Positions 53,799-63,807 of a stretch of DNA of 64,000 nucleotides are shown here, piece by piece. Below the pieces are notes generated by a model. It worked only from the letters and a program-made list of their open reading frames with translations. It was not told the DNA's origin and did not search any database. Origin of the DNA: an uncultured delta proteobacterium (GTDB lineage Bacteria > Desulfobacterota > Binatia > UBA9968). Within the stretch, counting starts at the first letter, position 1. Each line of letters begins with the position of its first letter. The position numbers and the translations under genes are program-made. The stretch covers positions 300,414 through 364,413 of the forward strand of contig CAVUVW010000015.1 in assembly GCA_963745035.1 (NCBI GenBank), given 5' to 3'.

Positions 53799-55200
53799 TT
53801 GGAAGTCTTGCTATTCCTCGAGGTGTTCTGCTTCTTCATCAGCGGTTGCATAGTAATACTCTGTAGCGTCCGTTTCACGAGGGGCCAGAGGGAAAGACTC
53901 CCTATATTAAAAAAACTCGACGGAAAACAGGTGCTACTTGTATCAGCGGCCGTTTTAACTGCCTTAGCAGGCTGGGCTGCCCATGGGATAAGAAATTTTC
54001 CCGGAGAAGTGCCAACAGAAATAGTGGAACAGCGTAATGGAAATGTAATAGTTAAAGCTACCATAGGCGGCTTTGAGAACGAGCTGCGCGAGGCCGCGAG
54101 TGACCGTGCGAGCGAAGCCAAGGACTATTTTATTGCCGGCGAGCGCGATTTCGCTGCAAGCCGCTTTCGTGATGCTACCGTAAACTATGAAAAATCGGCT
54201 AACTTATTGCCGACAATGTCCGGCTTGCTCAACCTCGGGAATGCGCTCACGGAAACAGTCACTTTATACAAAGGCCAGGGAGGCCTTCCTTAAAGGGCTC
54301 AACATTGCTCAGAAGAAGAAAATTAAACGGCACGAGGCTCACTTTCTTCATAGCAACGCCGATGTCTACAACCATCTTCACGATGCTATTCAAGCGGACG
54401 CCTTTTACAAATCCGCAGCAGAAGCCTACCAGCAACTCGGCGATACTCTCGGGATGGCGCGACTCGAAAATAACAGGGCTCTTCTTCTAAAGGATAATCC
54501 TGGCGAGGCGCTCACGATGCTTGAAGCTGCATTAAAGAAGTACATAGTTCTTAAGAACACTCGCGGACAGGGGATAGCGTTCCTGAACAAGGGTAACATA
54601 TATTTTAATCTTAATAGATTAGATGAGTGTCGGCTGTCTTATCAGCGTGCGTTAGAAGCGTTTAGGCAGAGCGGCTATGTGTCCGGGCAAGCTAAAGCGC
54701 TTTTTAGCCTGGGCAATGTTTATGTGAGGCAGCAGGAATATGAGGAGGGCTTAAAAGCTTATACGGCAGCCCAAGAATTTTTTAAGAAAATTAACAATAT
54801 GGAAGGTGAAGCTGCTGCTCTGACAGGCATCGGTGGAGTCTATCGCACAAAAGAGCCTCAAAAGGCATTAACTTTCTACCAATCTGCGTTGGGACTAACG
54901 AAGAACCCTTATCAGCAAGCTGTAGTGCATGGGAATATTGCAAACATTTATTCTGACAAGATGGAATTCGACAACGCCATTTCTGCATACAAAAAAGCTT
55001 TAGACGATATTCGACCGAATCCAAGACTCACGCTCCGTAGCACAAACGCTGGCGAATATCGGCCGAGTTCTCGGCCGACAATGCAGGATAGACGAGGCGC
55101 TCGAATTTATAGGTCGCTCACGAGCAGTCTATAAACAAATTGGAGGTGAACCGATTGAGCTGGCAAGAGACGAAGCCTTACTCAAAGCGGCATCGTGCGG
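53799..55200 (+). CDS. Membrane-anchored tetratricopeptide-repeat protein (indels; ends approximate)
   Basis: N-terminal hydrophobic segments; multiple TPR helices (ALFSLGNVY, AAALTGIGGVY, GNIANIY). Confidence 0.78.
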
Positions 55201-55958
55201 AAGGAATCTAAAATCAACATAGTGGCCGGTAATAAATGATTGCGCAAATATATTGCATCAAACGTAGATTGGAGCACAGCGGTCGAACTTGCACCGTCCT
55301 CTCTCGACCAAAGTCTGGGCGGTTCGTTCACTCATCTCGCTTTTGCTTTTTGGATAGCCGTCCACGTCGTCTCGAATGAGGCAAACGCATATTGAATCGG
55401 CACGGGCGTGCGGATTATCCTTTTCGTGTGCGCATCCTTGAAGCCCTCGACATTCTCGAAGCCGCGACCATTGAGTGCAAGCATCGGCAGATAGACACGC
55501 CTGAAGTGAGGGCGGCGCTCGATCTGCTCGCGCCGTACAGCCATCGGATGGGCCCTTTTATCGAAAATCTACTCATACCGTACCAGGTGCGACGCGTGGC
55601 GCCGCGGTACTCGCCGCCAGCCCCGCGCCGGTCAGGGCCGCTATCACGCGCGCTCGTCAGCCTCTTTTACTTTCAGGACTCTTTCAGCTAGAGAAGTTTG
55701 TTTTCCTTCAGGATCTTGTCAAGTTTCCTTTCAAGCCCTTCACCGGCGCACCGATTGGGCGCCAGATCAGAGTCGCCAGAGAGCTCGATTACACAAGCAG
55801 ATAAAGCACTAACCCGGGAATTATTACAGAGGAGATTATTAGTGCGTCTTGGCCGTATCTTGAACAGAAGTCGCGCAGAGTGAGCATGGTGAGTATCCCC
55901 CCTTTGCTGTGAGTGGCGTGCAAGCCATATCACGAAGTTGTGGCTTTGCAAGGAAATA

Positions 55959-56123
55959 ATGGCAGTGGTGCAGAGAACGGGATGGATTACGGTCGGTAAG
56001 CCCAGCCCCTACGTAAATGACTCTCGAGTGGGCAAGCCGATCCCAATTCAGCCGGTCGAGAATCCGATCCTTTGTTCTCCCTACAAGGAACCAGATCAGC
56101 ATTCACTTCTGACGCCAAGCTGA
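55959..56123 (+). pseudogene. N-terminal fragment resembling a type III restriction (Res) subunit
   Basis: PIQPVENPILCSPYKEPDQH resembles the ENPILNSPYEEP..H start I recall for Res proteins; no helicase domain follows. Confidence 0.5.
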
Positions 56124-56683
56124 AAACTCGCTCGGCTCCCGTCACGGCTTCACGTTCATCGCGCCCTCTCAAAAGCCAAGGTCCCTCCCTTGGTGGAATG
56201 TCCTTTGCTTTTTTGAGACTCCAGCATTGCTTCTTTCTCGCTAGGAGGGCCCGGCAGATGGAAAGTGGATGCCCTTCAAAATGCTTTGTCGTAGCGCAAA
56301 GACCGCTGGATTTCCGCGAATATTCGCTTCTTCCACGCAAAGCACGGGCTGAACTCGTTCTCCTAAACGCGCCAGCCAAGTTCTGCGAAGCCTGCGGTGC
56401 CGTCTACGTGAACTGCCAAACCGGGACAGTTTTCCTTTGTCGAATTTCGATTCTAGGACATCGACCTACATGACAGCATTCCCAGTGTTTCATCTCATCT
56501 CTTGTAAAGCTTTCAACGCTTCATCCTCTGAAAGCTTCTCCATCAGCGTTCCCGCTTCACGCAAAGCACGGCCAACGCGAGAGCCTGCTCGACGCGGACG
56601 GTAGGACTCGACGCCAGCAGCGCGCCCGCGTTCCCTCTGCGCGTTCCGCCGACTGCGCCGGAGCTCCATTTATACCTTTGGGT

Positions 56684-56995
56684 TTAGAGCGTATGCGACA
56701 AATCCAAGTCGCCGATGTCTTTGATCGAACAGCCTACGTTAGCTTTTAGTATAGCGAAGATTTCTGCGCAGAATATTTGGTCATCAAAAACCAGCATCCC
56801 CATGTAGCGAGAGCCGTTGTAGTCAATAAACAAGAAAATTTTGGTGTTCATTAACTCGTTCATCAATGGTTGCTGAAGCGTTCCAACTTCGCCAACCGGC
56901 CTATCGTTGGCGTCCCAGCGCGTCGTCGTCCATTTCGGCGGCCACGTCGGGAAACCGCTTTTGCGGGTCATTAGCGGGTGGTCCCTGAACTTCAT
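56684..56995 (-). CDS. Hypothetical protein
   Basis: Clean 103-aa ATG-initiated ORF (MKFRDHPLM...WPPKW...IGDLDLSHTL). Confidence 0.65.
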   Translation of the reverse strand: MKFRDHPLMTRKSGFPTWPPKWTTTRWDANDRPVGEVGTLQQPLMNELMNTKIFLFIDYNGSRYMGMLVFDDQIFCAEIFAILKANVGCSIKDIGDLDLSHTL

Positions 56996-57061
56996 GGGGA
57001 ACTTGACTGTATTGTCAAAAATCGCTCGTCCGGTGTCAAGCTATTAATCGGCGACAGAGGG

Positions 57062-57313
57062 TTACTCGGCGCAGCTTCGGAACCGGCTTAGCGTGAACGA
57101 ATCTGGACCACGTACGACGATTGGTTGCGTAGCAAACGTCGCGGACTTTTTAAGCGATCTTGGCCGTTCCTCCAAGAATTTTTGCCGCCGCGCCGCGCAC
57201 TGCTCGGCTTCACGCATGTCGGAGTACCAGCGCCACCCATCGGCTGAGTAGAGAATCACGCGCTCACCGGACCCGACGACCGTGGTTTGTTTCGTTTGAA
57301 AATCGTTGTTCAT
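57062..57313 (-). CDS. Small hypothetical protein
   Basis: MNNDFQTKQTTVVGSGERVILYSADGWRWYSD...; no family recognised. Confidence 0.4.
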   Translation of the reverse strand: MNNDFQTKQTTVVGSGERVILYSADGWRWYSDMREAEQCAARRQKFLEERPRSLKKSATFATQPIVVRGPDSFTLSRFRSCAE

Positions 57314-57797
57314 TGTATGGTGAAAAAATGTCCCCGTCGCGCTGCCGGGCAGACGAACGCGACGGGGATTCCCGGCAAGCCTGCGTGAGCAGGGGGACGG
57401 AGCCGCATGGGCCAACATGCGCGCCGGGAAAAACGAAATCAATCAAAGTAACAGGCGATCTGATCGAGCGCGTCGCCGTGCATCCGGGCATCCGAGATTC
57501 ACTTACGAAAAGCTGCAACATCGTCGCGATGCACACCGCGCTGCTGCGCGAGCTTCTTAGCGCGGCAATACGCCGCGTTCCCGCCGCAACGGCACCGCGA
57601 GTAGTTTTGGCGCTCGACTTCACCGCTGACAGCGGAACCAAGAGCGCGAGCAGTGCGTAATCATCGCTGCGGATATATCCATCTTCGCTCGCTCTCCGAA
57701 GATTCGGCAACTCGTTGCCCACGTCGATCAACGCGCGCTTGTACGTCTCCGCGTTCGGAGTGCCGGTGCGCGCCAATCGCGTTGTCCGGACGATGAC

Positions 57798-58016
57798 GTG
57801 CGCCCGCACGATCTCAGGCGTAGCGGGATAACGCGATGGACGGCGTTAGGTATTCCGCGTGACATCGTTATGGCTTGCAGCGGTCACAAGCCGAATGGAG
57901 TCCATGATGGATATGTCAACTTCAGCGATCAGCAGTTAGTCAACGCGTTTCGCGAGCGTGGATTGATGCTGCCGCCGTTGCAGAGGAAAAAGCAGGCAAG
58001 CGCCAAAGCCGTTTGA
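57798..58016 (+). pseudogene. Tyrosine recombinase C-terminal remnant
   Basis: HDLRR...SGHK...Y catalytic motifs; N-terminal part missing. Confidence 0.82.
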
Positions 58017-58041
58017 AAATGCTTTGAAAACGCTTTAGTTT
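58012..58041 (+). promoter_or_regulatory. Arm-type repeats overlapping a putative element-borne promoter for the tRNA
   Basis: TTTGAAAATGC TTTGAAAACGC; TTGAAA (58013-58018), 17 nt, TAGTTT (58036-58041). Confidence 0.5.
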
Positions 58042-58061
58042 GTCGTTCTCACACACTCATT

Positions 58062-58147
58062 GCCGGAGTGGTGGAATGGCAGACGCGCCGGACTCAAAAT
58101 CCGGTAGGGGAAACCCTGTGCGGGTTCAAGTCCCGCCTCCGGCACCA
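58062..58147 (+). tRNA. tRNA-Leu(CAA)
   Basis: GCCGGAG/CTCCGGC acceptor stem; anticodon loop CT-CAA-AA; long variable arm; GGTTCAAGTCC T-arm; encoded CCA. Confidence 0.97.
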
Positions 58148-58231
58148 AGTAAAATCCCTACTTAGTACCTTCGGATTCAGGATTCTCAGGCTGGTGCGTG
58201 TGCTTATTGTGCCCGTTTTGTGCCCGAACGC

Positions 58232-58430
58232 TTATTGATTCGATCTAAGCGGGACGACGCTCGTCGATTGCTCTTGGTTTTGGGCGTGCTGCCAAGTGCG
58301 ACGCGCCGCTTCTCCCAAATCTTCTTCACTCACGATGTTGTATCGCTCAAAGACGCTTCGGTTTTTATGATCTGATACCATCAGCGCCACCCGCTCGAGT
58401 ATCCCGCGCGAACCATGTTCCTTACGGCGA
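58232..58430 (-). pseudogene. Tyrosine recombinase C-terminal remnant
   Basis: [36 protein letters not shown] matches the phage-integrase C-terminal pattern. Confidence 0.82.
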
Positions 58431-58519
58431 TCCAACTTTTCTGGTATCCATTACGGCCTGAGAAGCACTTTGCCACTCTTTCCTCGCAATTCTGAGTATC
58501 ACCACTTTCCTGTGATACG

Positions 58520-58630
58520 GTGCTCCTAGGCCTATCTGACGTCTCCAGTTCGATCCGTGTACGCGGCCACGTTGTTTCTGCTCGTGGGGTATCCGGGTGC
58601 TCTTCACCGAACACGCTTTTTCTAGATCGG
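58520..58630 (-). pseudogene. Decayed TPR (TPR_10/12-like) fragment
   Basis: VFGEEHPDT..SRNNVA followed by in-frame TAG stops. Confidence 0.5.
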
Positions 58631-58981
58631 CTTTCTCCTTGCGCTTAGAAAACACAATGATGTAGAGGGTCGTTATGGACTGGACAAGCGTGATCACAGA
58701 CGCCCATGGTAGCAGCGATTGAGGCAGAGCAGAGAGAATCTCGGAAGCTAAAGTCGGCAGCGTGAGGAGTTTAGGCAGGAGTCACTCAGGAAAATTTCAA
58801 CTAAAACTTGCCAGGTGGCAGGATAGACAGAAAACCTGGGGACAATGCCGGCCCTAGTAGAGAAAACAGTCCGGCCTATTATAGCTCAGACTATAAACTT
58901 GGCGATTGAGACCAAGCGTATATGAGGTTTCGTACGTCCATTCAGCGTCGGCGACCAGCGTAGGCGTGAGGAGCAGCGGGC

Positions 58982-59908
58982 GTGGCGAGTATCGTGCTTT
59001 CCAGGCTGGTGCAGGCAGTGCCCTCGTTATTGGGGGTGACGATCGTAGCGTTCGTGCTGCTCCAGTTGAGCGGGGACGTCACCCAACTGCTGCTGCCGAT
59101 GGAGGCATCCGAGGAAGTGCGGGCGGACTTTCGGCGCGCGTACGGACTGGACCAGCCCATCCCGGTCCAGTACGCTCACTACCTGGCGCGGCTGCTACAG
59201 GGCGACTTCGGCCAGTCGTTTGCCTATCGGCGGCCGGCGATGGAGGTGGTGCTGGAGCGGCTGCCCGCCACGCTGGAGCTATCGGCGGCGGCGTTGCTGA
59301 TCGCCTTGACGATTGCCATTCCGGCCGGGATCATCTCTGCAGTCAAGCGCAACTCGGTGTTCGACCACCTCTCGATGGGGGTGGTGCTGCTGGGGCAGTC
59401 GGTACCGACGTTCTGGCTGGGGATGCTGATGATCCTGGTGTTCGCGGTGGGGCTGCACGCGCTGCCGGTCTCCGGCCGGGGCAGCTTTGCGCAACTGGTA
59501 CTGCCGAGCGTGACGCTGGCGATGTGGCTGCTGGCGCTGGTGGCACGGCTCACGCGCTCCGGGATGCTGGAGGTTCTGTCCCAGGACTATATCCGCACCG
59601 CGCGGGCCAAGGGGCTGGCCGAGGTGGCGGTGACCACGCGGCACGCGGTGCGCAACGCGCTGGTGCCGATCGTGACGGTGGTGGGTCTGCAGGTGGGGGG
59701 ATTGCTGGGCGGCGCGGTCATGACGGAGGCGGTGTTTGCATGGCCGGGCGTGGGTACTCTGGTGCTGGAGTCGATCTTGAAGCGGGACTACCCAGTGGTG
59801 CTGGCGGCGCTGATCATGGTGGCCACGGCGTTCGTGCTGATCAACCTGCTGGTGGACCTGTTGTACGGGTACCTGGATCCGCGCGTGAGAGCGGGGCGGC
59901 GTGGGTAA
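58982..59908 (+). CDS. Peptide/nickel ABC permease (DppB-like)
   Basis: GLDQPIPVQY; GDFGQS; PTFWLG; DYIRTARAKGL; DLLYGYLDPR. Confidence 0.93.
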   Translation: MASIVLSRLVQAVPSLLGVTIVAFVLLQLSGDVTQLLLPMEASEEVRADFRRAYGLDQPIPVQYAHYLARLLQGDFGQSFAYRRPAMEVVLERLPATLELSAAALLIALTIAIPAGIISAVKRNSVFDHLSMGVVLLGQSVPTFWLGMLMILVFAVGLHALPVSGRGSFAQLVLPSVTLAMWLLALVARLTRSGMLEVLSQDYIRTARAKGLAEVAVTTRHAVRNALVPIVTVVGLQVGGLLGGAVMTEAVFAWPGVGTLVLESILKRDYPVVLAALIMVATAFVLINLLVDLLYGYLDPRVRAGRRG

Positions 59909-60450
59909 GGCGATGGTGCTGGCGGCGGACGCGCAGGAGTCGAGGGGGCGCGGCGATCACCAGGTACTATGGCGACTGGCGCGCATGCGCACCGGCTGGG
60001 TGGGGGCGGCTTTGCTCGTGCTGATGATCGGCGTGGCGCTGGCGGCGCCGCTGGTGGCGCCGTACAGCTTCGGCCAGATGTCGTTGGAGAATCGGCTGAA
60101 GCCGCCCAACTGGTTGAGCGGCGGAAGCTCGACGCACCTGCTCGGCACCGATCCGCTGGGGCGGGACATGCTGAGCCGGGTAATCTGGGCCGCGCGCACG
60201 TCGCTTGGCATCGCCGGTATCAGTGTGCTGGTGGCGATGGTGTTCGGTGTGATGATCGGGCTGCTTTCTGGATATTACGGCAGCTGGTTGGACGGGCTGG
60301 TCATGCGGCTGGCGGACATTCAGCTCTCGTTTCCGTATCTACTGTTGGCGATCGCGGTGATGGCGCTGCTTAAAACCCACGCTCGCCAACCTGATCCTCG
60401 TATTGGCGTTGCGCAGCTGGGTGGTGTACGCGCGCACAGTGCGCGGCTCT
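59901..60450 (+). pseudogene. Peptide ABC permease (DppC-like), C-terminal half missing
   Basis: HLLGTDPLGRDMLSRVIW; MRLADIQLSFP; breaks off after WVVYARTVRGS. Confidence 0.85.
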
Positions 60451-60455
60451 TGTTG

Positions 60456-60997
60456 GTAAACCCTTATCCGTACAATCCGGCCAGGGCCAAGCAGCTGCTG
60501 GCGGAGGCGGGCTATTCGAGCGGCGTCGAGGCAACGTTCAGCATAACCAGCGGCGCATTCCTTAAGGACCGCGACATTGCCGAGGTGATAGCCAGCCAAC
60601 TGGGTGAGGTGGGCATAAAGGTACGGCTGGTGCCGACCGAGCGCGCTACGCTGCAAACCACTTGGCTGGCGGGCGAGTTCAAGGGAATCACCTCGGTGGC
60701 CTGGGGGACCGCCGCCGATCCGGACGCGATGCTCGGCTGGACGCTGTACAATCGCAAGGCTCACAAGCCCGATGAGAAGCTGAACGGGCTGATCAACAAG
60801 AGCCGAAAAAGTGTCGACCCCGAGCAGCGCGCCAAGGTGCTGAAGGAACTAGGCCACTACGTGCACGACCAGGCATACTGGCTGTTCATGCACGCCCAGG
60901 ACGAATTGTACGCCAAGCGTAAGGCGTGCCCTGGGAGCCCGTGCCTGAGGGCCAGAGCTTTGCGAACGTGAAGTACTACACCGTGACGCCACGGTAG
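60456..60997 (+). pseudogene. Family-5 solute-binding protein, C-terminal part only
   Basis: YPYNPARAKQLLAEAGY; IASQLGEVGIKV; DPEQRAK; no start or signal peptide. Confidence 0.85.
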
Positions 60998-61711
60998 GTA
61001 AGGCCGCGTAACCTTGTCGGCGGCATTCAAAACTTATCGTGGTAACCAAACAGCGACTTTGTGAAATGAGTTCAGGCAACCTCGTCTGCAACTGCCTATT
61101 CGAATCGAAGCGAGGTCGCCGCCAAGACGGCTTGCTAGTAGATTATCACCCGATTGGTGGCCAGCAGATGAACTATCAGATCGATCGCAGAAAGGGAGCT
61201 AAGGAGCGGCCATCGTGCTGTGGCACTGACGTTGAGATACGTGTTTCCAAATTGTCTCCACTTGAACAGGACAGAACCATGAGAACCGCTTATTTCTTGC
61301 TTTACTTATCTTCTTTTCGTTGCTTTTTTCTGGTTACCGTAGGTGCTGTTAGGTTCAAAGTGTTGTTTTTGGAAACCAGTAAGTCGCCGGTTCGACTGCG
61401 GCGCGGTGGCTCCAGATTCTTCTGTGAGTTGGAACCATATCTCAGATGGGACACGATTCCCATCATTGGAGCGCTGGGAAGAGGTTTACGCGAGACAAGT
61501 CTGTTCCCCTCCGCCCGGGAGCCAGCAAGCATCGGTGGATGGGCACCTGGCCGTTCCATTTTTTAACGCGGATATGCAAGTCTGCACTGTCCGGTTTTTG
61601 ACAGGTAGTTCGTTGAAAAAAGTGAAAGCTAGTGCAAACTGGATAAACGGGAATGCAGTAGAATTGCAGAGTTAGAACAACCGTGAGTGATGCTTAAAGG
61701 GTAACGCAGAA

Positions 61712-61752
61712 CTCTCACGTCGGGAACACGGGTTCGATTCCCGTTGGGACCA
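61712..61752 (+). repeat. 3' half of tRNA-Glu(CTC), att-type fragment
   Basis: CTCTCAC-GTCGG-GAAC-ACGGGTTCGATTCCCGT-TGGGACC-A; starts at the 7-nt anticodon loop; no 5' half upstream. Confidence 0.82.
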
Positions 61753-61817
61753 TCACTATATATTTCATACAACTCAATTGCTTACAGCATTATTTCTCGA
61801 AACATTCTAGAGAGAAG

Positions 61818-62435
61818 TCATGGCTTTCTCACGGATCGGGCGGGCCGACTATATAACGGACTATACAAAGCCCTGAGTTTGGCCGCGCCGGTATCGCCGA
61901 CAAATTTGCCGTAATTGGCTTGAAGCATTTGAATGCTGGTTCCGCCCTGTTCGGCTACATATTTAACGGGTATGCCTGCACTGAGAGCGATCGAAAACCA
62001 TGTGTGTCTACAGTTGTAAAATCGTCGCTGCCGGACCTCCAGAACTCGCAGGGCATCCCCAAACTTTCGACCAAACTCAGCCTGATCGATCGGTAGGCCC
62101 TTCTCGTTCGTGAATACGTAGTCGTCCGGCTTTTCCTTGGCTGGCTTTAATTGCTTTAAGATATCGATCGTCGTTGGCATAAGATCGATTGTCCGATCGC
62201 TGGCAGCTGTCTTGGTCGAATGCTCTTCTCGTAAGTGCCTCGACGCGGAGATCCGGGCCTTCATCTTCTTGATATCGATCGCTCCCCATTTCAGCCCTGC
62301 CGCCTCGCTTGGCCGAGTTCCTTGCCAGAATTGCCATGCCAAAAACGCATATTCTTTAAACGGTCGATTCTTTCGATAGTAGTCAAGGAAGTTATCCCTC
62401 TCGAATTGCTCGAATGGATCTGGCGGTTCCCTCTT
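61818..62435 (-). pseudogene. Phage-type tyrosine integrase, catalytic domain only
   Basis: GTRPSEAAGLKW; STKTAASDRTI; YNCRHT; VAEQGGTS..ML...Y; N-terminal domains missing. Confidence 0.88.
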
Positions 62436-62535
62436 CTGCCTCGCATTCCTGCTTCTTTGTCCTCTTTTGCACATGTTTCATGGGGGACATGGAGGGCATG
62501 AAGGTAAGTCAGAGAATCACAAGCATGAGCGGTAA
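62431..62535 (+). pseudogene. DUF2933-like protein, C-terminal remnant
   Basis: LAFLLLCPLLHMFHGGHGGHEGKSENHKHER*; not in the ORF track. Confidence 0.72.
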
Positions 62536-62548
62536 GAGGAGAGAAAAC

Positions 62549-63215
62549 ATGACAGACGCACCGGCTTATGGCCTCTGGTCTTTGGTGATTATTAATTCTT
62601 TGATTTTTATTATTTTCGCTTTTAGCTTCTAGCAAGCCGCGAGACGAAGCGCGATTGGCGCTCCTTCAGCGCGTTCTCCGCGTTCATCGTCGCCCTTTTC
62701 GTCGAGATGTACGGCTTTCCGCTGACGATCTATTTGCTCTCCGGCTGGCTGGTGCGAAACGCTACCCGGGAGTCTGGATTTGTTTTCGCACGACGCCGGG
62801 CATCTCTGTTGAACACGCTGCTCGGCTGGAAGATCAATCCTCACTTTGATCCGCTTCACATCTTCTGAGCAACATTCTGATTTTCGGCGGCTTCATTCTT
62901 TTGTCCGCTGCGTGGAAAGTGCTTTATGAAGCTCAGCGGACGCACATCACTTGGCGACAACGGGACCGTATGCGTATGTGCGTCATCCGCAATACGTCGG
63001 TTTTATTGCTGATCATGCTCGGATTTCTCTTTCAGTGGCCCACGCTGATCACGTTGGTGATGTTTCCGATTCTTGTGACCATGTACGTCAAGCTTGCGCG
63101 CAGGGAAGAGCGAGAAGTACTAGGGGAGTTCGGTGAGGAATACCGACATTATATGGATTCGACGCCGGCGTTCATTCCGCACTTCGGCGGCCACCGGCGG
63201 CTGAATGAGGCGTAA
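62549..63215 (+). CDS. Isoprenylcysteine carboxylmethyltransferase-family membrane protein (multiple indels)
   Basis: AYGLWSLVIINS; ALFVEMYGFPLTIYLLSGW; GPYAYVRHPQYVGF; EEREVLGEFGEEY. Confidence 0.85.
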
Positions 63216-63305
63216 TTTTTACGGTCGACACGATGACTCAAGATCGAATCTTCAAAGTCGGGCACCGGTTCCCCATACCCGTGCCCGTACTTGGAGCGAC
63301 GTGTT

Positions 63306-63672
63306 TCAAGCTGCGGACCCCTGGCGCGGGCGCTCGGTCTGTCGAGACATTTCCCGGCAAACGTTTGCGCAGCGCCAGCAGATGTCAGCGCACAGACGGC
63401 ATCATGTCGTCGCCCACTGCCAGTCTGTTCTCAATCTTCGGCACAGCGGTCGCAAACCTCGGCGCAGACTCCACAAACCCGGGCATGGTGCTCGGAATTG
63501 CGCAGCATGAAATTTGCCGCGGTCCGGCAGATCTCGGCACACTCAATCAATAGTGTAATATGCCCGTCCGCCCATGGTCGCCGCCTTTGTCCAAACAGTA
63601 AGACAGGGTTTGAAGGCAAATGTCGTGGCAATCGGTCATGATCTCGACGTTATGATCCGGATGATGAGCCAT
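63306..63672 (-). CDS. Four-helix-bundle copper storage protein (DUF326/Csp-like), with indels and an in-frame TGA
   Basis: GAGGAGG Shine-Dalgarno; CHDIC; CAEIC; CGVCAEVCDRCAED; CADICWRCANVC. Confidence 0.8.
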
Positions 63673-63807
63673 ACTAAGCACCTCCTCGGTTTGATCGATC
63701 TGAGGCGCAATAAAAATGCCCGCCGCCCGGTCTTGTTAGTGTAATTGTGAATCTGCTGTTGCGTCAGCTAGGCTGAGAGTCAGAATAGCAACAACAAGGA
63801 GTTTTGC

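Larger units (their letters stand above)
53298..58105. mobile_element. Degenerate tRNA-Leu-integrated element (about 4.8 kb) bounded by tRNA 5'-half repeats
   Basis: 44-bp direct repeat; AT-richer cargo; tyrosine integrase remnant at the right end; TTTGAAAA 11-bp-period repeats at both ends. Confidence 0.85.

Noticed and set aside
61000-61700. Possible ORFs, including an HTH-like FPSLERWEE segment
   Set aside because: No consistent frame, start or family signal; treated as decayed island DNA
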